Source: Mycolicibacterium smegmatis
GTDB lineage: Bacteria; Actinomycetota; Actinomycetes; Mycobacteriales; Mycobacteriaceae
Assembly: GCF_001457595.1 (NCBI RefSeq)
Contig: NZ_LN831039.1
Span: forward strand, 1,290,001 to 1,322,000
Length of the DNA stretch: 32,000 nt
Reading direction: 5' to 3'
A program made the translations under genes and the position numbers. The notes under the pieces were generated by a model, which was not told the origin of the DNA, did not search any database, and saw nothing but the letters and a program-made list of their open reading frames with translations. Of the stretch, positions 15,518-23,256 are shown piece after piece; position 1 is the first letter of the stretch, and every line of letters starts with the position of its first letter.

Positions 15518-16387
15518 CTACCTGTCGGGACGCAACCGCACCATGCGGATCGTGGAGCTCTCGTCCAACTCGACATAGTCGGACCGTGAGCGCAGGAAGT
15601 CGCTGAACGACCGGAACCCCAGAGACTTCTCCGAGAACGACGGGTCCATCCGCTTCATCTGCGCCTTGACCGCCGAGTTGTGCAGCCACTCGACGTCGTC
15701 CTTCTCCAAGCCGATCTGCAGAGCGCGCAGGAGCAGCGCCGTCGCGGTGGCCTGCGGATCGGGCGGCTCCGGTTCCTCGTTTTCGTCCTTCTTGGTGCGC
15801 CGCGTGCGCCGCGGCGGGGTGCTCTGCGGCTCGGGCTCGAACACCGGCACACCGGGCAGCGCGTCGTAGATGATGAACTCGTCGCACGCGGCCGCCAGCG
15901 CGCGGCTCGAGGCCCCGGCCACCCCGATACCGACGACGTGACGGCCCAGCCGCTTGCAGCGCTGCGCGAGCGGGATGTAGTCGGAGTCGCCGGCCACGAT
16001 CACCACATGCGTCAGGTCGGGCAGCCGGAACATGTCCTCGACCGCGTCGACCGCCAACCGGATGTCGGCGCCGTTCTTGCCATACGCCGCGGCGGGGAAC
16101 AACTGCACCAGGTCCACGGCCCGGCCCACCAGTTGCTGGCGATATCCGGCGTTGACATCGGCCGACCAGTCGGCGTACGCGCGGGTGAGCACCAGCGTCC
16201 CGAACGACGACGCGAAATCCAAGATCGCACCCACGTCCACGGTGGCCTTGGTGAGCTTGTCGGCCTCCAGCCCCTTGGCCTTGTCCTTCTGGAACGAGTT
16301 TCGGCCGTTGACCTGGTCATATCGCGAGATGACGATGTTGTCGAAGTCGAGGTAGACCGCAACGCGGGTCGGAGCGGGCTCGGTCAT
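15518..16387 (-). CDS. NYN (LabA/PIN-like) domain protein with C-terminal OST-HTH/LOTUS domain
   Basis: Track ORF 15518..16837 is trimmed; its first ~145 aa overlap the desaturase gene antisense. Begins MTEPAPTRVAVYLDFDNIVISRY. Contains THVVIVAGDSDYIPLAQRCKRLGRHVVGIGVAGASS (NYN), then an acidic/basic linker, then LLLRALQIGLEKDDVEWLHNSAVKAQMKRMDPSFSEKSLGFRSFSDFL (LOTUS). Alternative start is ATG 16405. Confidence 0.85.
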   Translation of the reverse strand: MTEPAPTRVAVYLDFDNIVISRYDQVNGRNSFQKDKAKGLEADKLTKATVDVGAILDFASSFGTLVLTRAYADWSADVNAGYRQQLVGRAVDLVQLFPAAAYGKNGADIRLAVDAVEDMFRLPDLTHVVIVAGDSDYIPLAQRCKRLGRHVVGIGVAGASSRALAAACDEFIIYDALPGVPVFEPEPQSTPPRRTRRTKKDENEEPEPPDPQATATALLLRALQIGLEKDDVEWLHNSAVKAQMKRMDPSFSEKSLGFRSFSDFLRSRSDYVELDESSTIRMVRLRPDR

Positions 16388-16496
16388 GGGTCCAGTCTCG
16401 CCCATCGACGCGAGGTCGTGGCGCAGGCACGCACATCCACCTAGGCTGAAGGTGGCCGCTAAGCGCCACTGTCCCCTCAACAGACCGGAACCCCAG

Positions 16497-17588
16497 GTGG
16501 CAATCAGCGACGTTGCGATATACGCAAACTTGACCCCCGCCGAGATCGAGGCCATCGGCGCCGAACTCGACGCCATCCGTACCGACATCGAGGAATCCCT
16601 CGGTGCGCGCGACGCGGCGTACATCCGCCGCACCATCGCGTTCCAGCGAACCCTCGACGTGGCGGCGCGGTTGCTCATCGCGGGCACCCGCTCCAGGGCG
16701 GGCTGGCTGGCGGGCACCGCGGCGCTGGCGTACGCCAAGTCCGTCGAGAACATGGAGATCGGGCACAACGTCAGCCACGGCCAGTGGGACTGGATGAACG
16801 ATCCAGAGATCCACTCCAGCACGTGGGAGTGGGACATGGTGGGCCCGTCGGCGCAGTGGCGTTATTCGCACAACTACCGCCACCACGTGTTCAGCAATGT
16901 CCTCGGCGTCGACGACGACCTGGGGTTCGGGGTCCTGCGGATGAGCCGCGACCAGAAGTGGGAACCGCAGCACCTCATCCAGCCGCTGCGAAACCTGTTG
17001 CTGGCCGCGGTGTTCGAGTGGGGCATCGGCCTGCACGACTACTACTCCGAACGTGACCGCGCAGATACCCAGGACGGCAAGGACGCCGCGCGCATGGCGT
17101 TCCGGCGCAAGATCGGCCGCCAGGTCGTCAAGGACTACGTCCTGCTGCCTGCGCTGAGCCTGCGGCGCTGGCGCCGCACGCTGCTCGCCAATCTCACGGC
17201 CAACCTGGTGCGCAACGTGTGGGCGTGCGTGGTGATCTTCTGCGGCCACTTCCCCGACGGCGCAGAGAAATTCACGCCGGAGACCCTCGAGCACGAGACC
17301 AAGGGGGAGTGGTACCTGCGGCAGATGCTCGGTGCGGCGAATTTCAAAGCCGGTCGCGTGCTGGCGTTTTCCAGCGGCAACCTGTGCTACCAGATCGAGC
17401 ACCACCTGTTTCCCGACCTGCCGAGCAACCGGCTCGCGCAGATCGCCGAACGGGTCAGTGCGCTGTGCGACAAGTACGACCTGCCCTACACCACCGGGCC
17501 GATGCCGCGACAGTACCTGCAGACGCTGCGGACCATCTTCACACTCGCGCTGCCGGATACGGGCTGGCGCGGCATCTTTCGGCGCTAG
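16497..17588 (+). CDS. Membrane fatty acyl desaturase, DesA3-like (stearoyl-CoA delta-9 desaturase family)
   Basis: Track ORF 16386..17588 trimmed to GTG 16497. VAISDVAIYANLTPAEIEAIGAELDAIRTDIEES parallels the DesA3 N-terminus as I recall it. All three His boxes are present: HNVSHGQWDW, HNYRHH, QIEHHLFPDLP. Confidence 0.9.
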   Translation: MAISDVAIYANLTPAEIEAIGAELDAIRTDIEESLGARDAAYIRRTIAFQRTLDVAARLLIAGTRSRAGWLAGTAALAYAKSVENMEIGHNVSHGQWDWMNDPEIHSSTWEWDMVGPSAQWRYSHNYRHHVFSNVLGVDDDLGFGVLRMSRDQKWEPQHLIQPLRNLLLAAVFEWGIGLHDYYSERDRADTQDGKDAARMAFRRKIGRQVVKDYVLLPALSLRRWRRTLLANLTANLVRNVWACVVIFCGHFPDGAEKFTPETLEHETKGEWYLRQMLGAANFKAGRVLAFSSGNLCYQIEHHLFPDLPSNRLAQIAERVSALCDKYDLPYTTGPMPRQYLQTLRTIFTLALPDTGWRGIFRR

Positions 17589-17783
17589 CGCGTCGCCGGC
17601 TCGGTGATACGAGCCACGCCACCACAGCGGCGGTGATCCCAGAAGGGAACGCAACTTCTCATGCCCCTGTGACCTCGGGGAAACAGGGCGAAGTGCTCTG
17701 CCGTGTGGTGGCGTGCCCTGGCCTGTGCCCGTGCGCGTCGACCGCGTGAAACCCAGTCAACGCCTCTGGGCGCACGGTGTCAA

Positions 17784-17933
17784 CGTTCCCCCGATCGGGG
17801 GACACGGGTTTCATCCGGTGCGTGGTCCGGTCGTCGGATACGGCCGCGCGCCGCAACGCGGCATTCTTATCTCAACGCGCCGGACAGGCCGCCGACAACA
17901 AAACGAAAAGCCTTATCCGACAAAGGAGTCGAA
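17784..17933 (+). promoter_or_regulatory. Conserved upstream leader, copy 2 (perfect 16-bp palindrome TCCCCCGATCGGGGGA at 17787-17802)
   Basis: Same ordered sequence blocks as 7353-7499 (see that feature). It ends in CAAAGGAGTCGAAATG, providing the SD and start for the His-rich peptide. Confidence 0.6.
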
Positions 17934-18143
17934 ATGACGATGATCGCCCGTACCGCTGGTTTCGCCGCCGCTCTCGCCGCCCCCGCCCTGATCTTCCTGG
18001 GCGCCGCGACGGCCGACGCAGAATCCTCGGTGAGCAACTTCGGGCCGTCGGTCACCCACCACGACACGTTCCCGCACCAGGATCACGTACCCACCCCGGG
18101 AACCACGGAGCACCACCACCACCAGTACAACCGCGGACGCTGA
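17934..18143 (+). CDS. Small secreted His-rich peptide (69 aa; predicted mature 40 aa with 8 His)
   Basis: In frame inside track ORF 17703..18143. ATG 17934 follows AAAGGAG. Sequence is MTMIARTAGFAAALAAPALIFLGAATADA / ESSVSNFGPSVTHHDTFPHQDHVPTPGTTEHHHHQYNRGR. A strong terminator follows. Confidence 0.65.
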   Translation: MTMIARTAGFAAALAAPALIFLGAATADAESSVSNFGPSVTHHDTFPHQDHVPTPGTTEHHHHQYNRGR

Positions 18144-18159
18144 GCCGGGGGATAGGGGG

Positions 18160-18196
18160 GAGAGCCCGGACCCACACAGGGTCCGGGCTCTTTTCC
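18160..18196 (+). terminator. Intrinsic terminator after the His-rich peptide gene
   Basis: 12-bp stem GAGCCCGGACCC (18162-18173) / GGGTCCGGGCTC (18179-18190) with a 5-nt loop, then TTTTCCTGTT. Confidence 0.7.
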
Positions 18197-18230
18197 TGTT
18201 CACGGACCGTTCGCGCGGCGGGCTCCTAGG

Positions 18231-19601
18231 GTGGGGAAGGTGAGCACCCCGGGGACGCTTCCGCCAGGGCCGCCGCTACCGGCCGTCGTGCAGACCGCGA
18301 TGATGCTGCGGTACTGGTCCCGGTTCGTCTCGGCCTGTCGGCGCCGCTACGGCGACGTGTTCACGCTGCGGATCTCCTCGATGGGCACCTGGGTGTACCT
18401 GGCCGATCCGAACGACATCAAGACCGTGTTCGCCGGGGACCCGACGGTGTTCCACGCCGGTGAGGCCAACTCCATGCTCAGCGGTCTACTGGGCGACACC
18501 TCGGTGCTGGTGATCGACGAGGACGTGCACCGCGACCGGCGTCGCCTCATGCTCGCACCGTTCGCGCGCGACGCCGTCGCCCGCCAGACCGGCGTGATGG
18601 CCGAGGTCGCCGCCGCCAACATCGCGGGTTGGCCCGTCGGCACCCCGTTCCCGGTCGCACCCAAGATGGCCGCGATCGCACTTGAGGTGATCCTGCGGAC
18701 CGTGATCGGCGCGACCGATCCGGCCCGGCTCGCCGCATTGCGCCAGGTCATGCCGCAACTGCTCGGCATCGGACCGTGGCAGTCGCTGGCCGTCGCGAGC
18801 CCCGGTCTGCAACGCCGGCGCCCGTGGCGCACCCTGCAGCGCAACCTCGCCGAGGCCGACCGGCTGCTCTACGCCGAGATCGCCGCGTGCCGGGCCGACC
18901 CCCACCTGGCGTCGCGCCCCGACGCGCTCGCGATGCTGGTGCGCGCCGCCAACGACGACGGCCGCACCATGACAGACCGGGAACTGCGCGATCAGCTGAT
19001 GACGCTGCTGGTCGCCGGTCACGAGACCACCGCGACCGGGCTGTCGTGGACACTCGAACGGCTCATCCGCCACCCGGCGGTCCTGGACAAGGCCGTGGCC
19101 GCCGCGCGCTCCGACAAGGGCTCCGGCGAGGCCTACCTCGACGCGGTGGTGCGCGAATCCCTGCGCATCCGCCCCGTGGTGTTCGAGGCCGGCCGCGTGC
19201 TCACCGAACCCGTCGAACTGGGCGGATACCTCCTGCCGGCCGGGACATTGGTCGCGCCGAGCATCGGACTGGTGCACGCCAGCGCCGACGTCTATCCCGA
19301 CCCGGACCGGTTCGAACCGGACCGCATGCTGGCGTCCACCCAGACACCCAGCACGTGGCTGCCGTTCGGCGGCGGGAACCGCCGCTGTCTCGGCGCCACG
19401 TTCGCGCTCGTCGAGATGCGCGTTGTGCTGCGCGAAATCCTGCGCCGTGTCGACCTTTTCGCCACCACCGCGCGCGGTGAGAAGCAACGGCTCAAGCACG
19501 TCACGATGATCCCGCACCGCGGCGGGCGGATCTGTGTGCGGGGGCTCCGGGATGTGGCACCGGCTCCGATGACCTGTCCGGCTGAGGCGCGGCGTGCGTG
19601 A
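18231..19601 (+). CDS. Cytochrome P450 monooxygenase
   Basis: 456 aa. Contains the I-helix AGHETTA, ExxR (ESLRIRP) and the heme loop FGGGNRRCLGATFALVEM. Start is GTG 18231 or GTG 18240. Confidence 0.9.
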   Translation: MGKVSTPGTLPPGPPLPAVVQTAMMLRYWSRFVSACRRRYGDVFTLRISSMGTWVYLADPNDIKTVFAGDPTVFHAGEANSMLSGLLGDTSVLVIDEDVHRDRRRLMLAPFARDAVARQTGVMAEVAAANIAGWPVGTPFPVAPKMAAIALEVILRTVIGATDPARLAALRQVMPQLLGIGPWQSLAVASPGLQRRRPWRTLQRNLAEADRLLYAEIAACRADPHLASRPDALAMLVRAANDDGRTMTDRELRDQLMTLLVAGHETTATGLSWTLERLIRHPAVLDKAVAAARSDKGSGEAYLDAVVRESLRIRPVVFEAGRVLTEPVELGGYLLPAGTLVAPSIGLVHASADVYPDPDRFEPDRMLASTQTPSTWLPFGGGNRRCLGATFALVEMRVVLREILRRVDLFATTARGEKQRLKHVTMIPHRGGRICVRGLRDVAPAPMTCPAEARRA

Positions 19602-20655
19602 CCAGCGAGGGGTACGGAGCGGCCTGACGCGGGCCGTGCTGGCGGTCGCCGCGAGCCTGCTGCTCGTGATCGCCTGCACGCAGGACGTCGAATCCCGTGG
19701 TGAACCCGCGGGCGGGCCTCCGGCCATCGCCACCGACCTGGACGTGCCCTGGGGCATCGCATTTCTGCCCGACGGCAGCGCGCTGATCGCCGAACGAGAC
19801 AGTGCCGCAATCAAACACCTCACCGCGCCCGGCGACGTCGGGCAGATCGGTGCGGTGCCCGGCGTCGCGCCGCGCGGCGAAGGTGGTCTGCTCGGCCTGG
19901 CGACCGCCGGCGCGAACGTCTACGCCTACCTCACCACCGGCGGCGACAACCGCGTCGTCGCGATGCGCTACGCCGACGGCGCGCTGACCAACCCGGCGCC
20001 GATTCTCACCGGCATCCCCGCCGGGTCGCGTCACGACGGCGGACGCATTGCGTTCGGCCCCGACGGCAAGCTCTACGTCGCGACCGGCGAGATCGCGAAT
20101 CCACCGCTCGCGCAGGACCGAACATCGTTGGCGGGCAAGATCCTTCGCGTCAACCCTGATGGTTCCGTGCCAGCGGACAACCCGTTTCCCGGATCGCCGG
20201 TGTGGTCCTACGGGCACCGCAACATCCAGGGACTGGCGTGGGACGCCGCGGGACGGTTGTGGGCCACCGAGTATGGCGCCGACCGGGTCGACGAGCTGAA
20301 CCTGATCCGTCCCGGCGCCAACTACGGGTGGCCCGAAGCGGAGGGCCGCGCCGGTATCGAGGGCATGGTCGACCCGGTGGTCGAGTGGGGCACCGGTGAG
20401 GCCTCGCCGTCGGGTCTGGCGTTCTACGGCGGATCGCTGTGGGTGGCGGCCCTGCGCGGGGAGCGGCTGTTCCAGATCCCGGTGGCGGGCGACGGGACCG
20501 TCGGCACCCCGGCGCCGCTGTTCGTCGGGCAGTACGGGCGCCTGCGCACCGTGGTGGCCGCACCCGACGGTTCGCTGTGGTTCACCACGAGCAACCGTGA
20601 CGGACGAGGCAGCGTTCGCGCCGGTGACGACCGGATTCTGCAGTTCCGGCCGTAA
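19594..20655 (+). CDS. PQQ-dependent sugar (glucose/sorbosone) dehydrogenase-like beta-propeller lipoprotein
   Basis: 353 aa. Lipobox LLLVIAC. Motifs: PWGIAFLPDG, GEGGLLGLA, HDGGRIAFGPDGKLYVATGE, LAGKILRVNPDGS, GHRNIQGLAWD, DELNLIRPGANYGWPE. Its start overlaps the P450 stop. Confidence 0.85.
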   Translation: MRDQRGVRSGLTRAVLAVAASLLLVIACTQDVESRGEPAGGPPAIATDLDVPWGIAFLPDGSALIAERDSAAIKHLTAPGDVGQIGAVPGVAPRGEGGLLGLATAGANVYAYLTTGGDNRVVAMRYADGALTNPAPILTGIPAGSRHDGGRIAFGPDGKLYVATGEIANPPLAQDRTSLAGKILRVNPDGSVPADNPFPGSPVWSYGHRNIQGLAWDAAGRLWATEYGADRVDELNLIRPGANYGWPEAEGRAGIEGMVDPVVEWGTGEASPSGLAFYGGSLWVAALRGERLFQIPVAGDGTVGTPAPLFVGQYGRLRTVVAAPDGSLWFTTSNRDGRGSVRAGDDRILQFRP

Positions 20656-20686
20656 CGCGTGCCATGGCGGGTTTGCGCGGTACGAC

Positions 20687-21364
20687 ATGATGGAGGGCAT
20701 GGACACAACACGGGTGAAGCGGCCAGTGCGTGCCCTCGGGGTGCTCATGGGCGCGGTGATGGCGCTGCTGATGTGCGCGCCCAGCGGCGTCGCACAGGCA
20801 GCCCCAGCCGAGACCGCGCGGGACGTGATCTCCATCGGGGATCCCGGCGCACCCGGTCAGATCGAGCTTTTCGTCGACCCGTTGTGCCCGTTCAGCGGCA
20901 AGATGATCCAGCAGCAGGGCGCCGAGATCGGCAGGCGTATCGAGAACGGATCGCTGCACGTCAACCTGCGGTTCGTGAACTTCCTCGAAAGGCTCTCTGC
21001 CAGCGGCACATACGACAGCCGTGCCATCTACGCGGCGTTCGCCGTCGCCGGCTACTCCCGCGACAGCGGCGTGACGTGGCGCTTCATCGAACAGATCTTC
21101 TCGGCCGAGCAGCAGCCCAAAGAGCAGGGGAACACCGACCTCAGCAACGACCAGCTGGCCGGGCTCGCCGACCGTGCCGGCGCACCGCGGCTGGCGCAGG
21201 ACCTGATCCGGCTCGGCCTGTTCGTCGGCTACGACCCCGTCGCTATCGCCAACAGCAACCAGGCCGCACTGCGGCAGTTCGCCGAGCCCGGCGTGCCGAC
21301 CGTCCTGATCGACGGCCGGCCCTACGACGGCAACTCCGACTGGATGTCGCGGCTGCCGCGCTGA
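20687..21364 (+). CDS. Secreted DsbA-like thioredoxin-fold protein with a CPFS (CxxS) motif
   Basis: Track ORF 20396..21364 trimmed to the ATG cluster at 20687/20690/20699. ATG 20699 has the best SD (GGAGGG). Signal peptide ends ...LLMCAPSGVAQA. The sequence IELFVDPLCPFSGKMI sits where DsbA-family proteins carry CxxC. The C-terminus, GVPTVLIDGRPY, is typical of the family. Confidence 0.75.
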   Translation: MMEGMDTTRVKRPVRALGVLMGAVMALLMCAPSGVAQAAPAETARDVISIGDPGAPGQIELFVDPLCPFSGKMIQQQGAEIGRRIENGSLHVNLRFVNFLERLSASGTYDSRAIYAAFAVAGYSRDSGVTWRFIEQIFSAEQQPKEQGNTDLSNDQLAGLADRAGAPRLAQDLIRLGLFVGYDPVAIANSNQAALRQFAEPGVPTVLIDGRPYDGNSDWMSRLPR

Positions 21365-21598
21365 AGGGTGTTGTCGGGCGGATCTCGCTCGTAAGTTGCA
21401 TCGGCCCCTGGGCAGGGAATCATGCGGTTGCTGTGCTTGCTTAGGAGCGACAAACGACCTGCTACACCGCTCGTACGCTGTCCGGGAATCCGAAAACTGC
21501 CCGTCGGCCGGCATGTTCCGGCAACTCAAATTGGTGTGAGGTGGGGCGGTGCTGTCACGGGATACTTGAACTTGACGCGACGTTGCAGGAGGTAATTG

Positions 21599-21883
21599 AT
21601 GGAGGTCGATCCGCAGATTCTGAGGGCCTTGGCCGGACAAGTCGACGCAGCCGGCACGGTGATCTCGTCGGCGGATGTCGGGGGTAAGACCGTGTCCGCC
21701 GCTGACGGCCTGCCAGGTTCGACCACTCAATGGGCCACAAGGGCTGTTGGCGAACACTTCTCATCGATCGCGTCGAAGCTGGCGGAGAACGTGACCAAGA
21801 TGGGGAAGGCGGTTCGTGGCGCAGGTGATGCGTTCGAGGTCACCGATGACTCGCTTGCCAGCGACTTCGACGGGCTGTTCTAG
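21599..21883 (+). CDS. EspC/DUF2580-like small helical protein (putative type VII secretion substrate or targeting partner)
   Basis: 94 aa. ATG 21599 follows AGGAGG. Sequence is MEVDPQILRALAGQVDAAGTVISSADVGG...KAVRGAGDAFEVTDDSLASDFDGLF. The C-terminus parallels M. tuberculosis EspC (...YSEADEAWRKAIDGLFT, from memory). Confidence 0.7.
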   Translation: MEVDPQILRALAGQVDAAGTVISSADVGGKTVSAADGLPGSTTQWATRAVGEHFSSIASKLAENVTKMGKAVRGAGDAFEVTDDSLASDFDGLF

Positions 21884-21885
21884 AA

Positions 21886-23256
21886 GTGCTTCCTTCACGT
21901 TCTACGTTGACGAGCTGGAATCCCGAATCTCTAGGTGCCTCTGCATCGTCAATTGACACTGCAGCACAATCTGTGGCTGGAGCGGTGCGCGGGATCGACC
22001 AAGCCTGTCAGGAAATGCCCGTGACCCAATCGTGGTCGGGCAAGTCCCATGAGGCGGCGGCAGCCATGTTCAAACGTGCCGACCGTGATGCCGCGAAATT
22101 CTCCGGCTACGCGAACGGTGTCGCTGCTGCGCTCAGGGGTGGTGCGGAATCGATCGGGTCCGCGCGGAGCGCGCTACTTGCGAAGGCGGAGCAGCTAGAC
22201 ACTGGGCCTCTCAACGTCACGGATCAGTGGGTGGTACTGATTGACCCTGCATACATGTCGGCCGACGAATTGGCGAAGCTACAAGAACTGGCTATGGAGG
22301 AGCAGGGTGTCGTGAACCGTATGCTCAGTGCCGTTGGTGACGCGGACGAAGCGACCGCGAACGCGGTGTCCTCTGCGGGAAAAGAGTTTGGGTTCGTCGA
22401 GCCAGGACCGCCGAAGACGGGCCTCGACTTGATTGTTCCGTCAGCCCAACGACCAACTGATCAGGTTCCGGACCCGAGAACTCCAATCGGGGTAATCGGC
22501 CAGGAAGCGATCAGGTCAGCTGATGAACAGCAGAACATCCGAGAAATCACGAAGTCAACGAACGAACACGGCGAAGAACTGACGACTGTGATCAAGCAGG
22601 ATGGCAGCAAGTCGGTTCTGAAGCGCATGAATCCGTTCGACTGGCCGAGCAAGCAGAACTTTTATCAGATCGAGGAGTACGACAAAAACGGTGACTTCGT
22701 CGCGCGGACTAGTTCTTGGCACAGCGCTGGCAACGACTGCGACTACACATCAATCACATACGCCGATAACTCCAATCTCACGATGTCTATGGACTCATCG
22801 GGGCATCGGACCGTGGGATTTACAACTGCCGAGGGTCATCACAGTCAAGTACCTGTCGACTTGATCGACAGAATGTCGACGTCGACCGGTGCAGCGATGT
22901 CCGGGTTGGAGAAGCACATAGGGCGTGGCGGTTCGCTGCCGATGGTGACCGCAGAATCTGTCGAAAACATCGGAAAAAATCTGAAATGGGGTGGCCCAGC
23001 CCTTACCGCAGCGACCACGGTATTCGACATGGCGATGGCTGAATCAGGTAAAGACAGGTGCATTGCGCTTGTCGCGGGCGTGGCTGGCGGTGGTGGTGGC
23101 TGGGGCGCGGCAGAATTCGGGGCCTGGGTCGGCGCATTCGGCGGTCCCGTTGCGCCTGTCACCGTTCCCGCCGGCGCCCTCGCATTTGGGCTTGTGGGTG
23201 GTTTCGGTGGTTCTAAGCTCGGTCAGTTCATTGGAGAGGTCGTATGTCCGTCCTGA
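21886..23256 (+). CDS. WXG-domain protein with C-terminal glycine-zipper module (candidate ESX-exported membrane-active toxin)
   Basis: 456 aa, starting 3 nt after the EspC-like gene. The N-terminal helical domain carries W-S-G (TGG at 22033). The low-GC middle region matches nothing I recognise. The C-terminus reads ...CIALVAGVAGGGGGWGAAEFGAWVGAFGGPVAPVTVPAGALAFGLVGGFGGSKLGQFIGEVVCPS. Confidence 0.7.
   Translation: MLPSRSTLTSWNPESLGASASSIDTAAQSVAGAVRGIDQACQEMPVTQSWSGKSHEAAAAMFKRADRDAAKFSGYANGVAAALRGGAESIGSARSALLAKAEQLDTGPLNVTDQWVVLIDPAYMSADELAKLQELAMEEQGVVNRMLSAVGDADEATANAVSSAGKEFGFVEPGPPKTGLDLIVPSAQRPTDQVPDPRTPIGVIGQEAIRSADEQQNIREITKSTNEHGEELTTVIKQDGSKSVLKRMNPFDWPSKQNFYQIEEYDKNGDFVARTSSWHSAGNDCDYTSITYADNSNLTMSMDSSGHRTVGFTTAEGHHSQVPVDLIDRMSTSTGAAMSGLEKHIGRGGSLPMVTAESVENIGKNLKWGGPALTAATTVFDMAMAESGKDRCIALVAGVAGGGGGWGAAEFGAWVGAFGGPVAPVTVPAGALAFGLVGGFGGSKLGQFIGEVVCPS

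Noticed and set aside
16317-17654. 445-aa minus-strand ORF opposite the desaturase
   Set aside because: It is an antisense shadow. The + frame has the three His boxes of a membrane desaturase.
17934-19601. Idea that the His-rich peptide is a RiPP precursor cross-linked by the adjacent P450 (biarylitide-style Tyr-His coupling; the peptide ends HHHHQYNRGR)
   Set aside because: The peptide has a clear Sec signal peptide, whereas the P450 is cytoplasmic. A strong intrinsic terminator (18162-18196) separates the two genes. The paralogous peptide at 7500 has no P450 neighbour. I keep only the metal-binding/exported-peptide hypothesis.
18486-20835. Minus-strand ORFs 18486..19823 and 19501..20835 opposite the P450 and PQQ-dehydrogenase genes
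   Set aside because: They are antisense shadows. The + frames carry the P450 heme loop and the GHRN/YGWPE dehydrogenase motifs.
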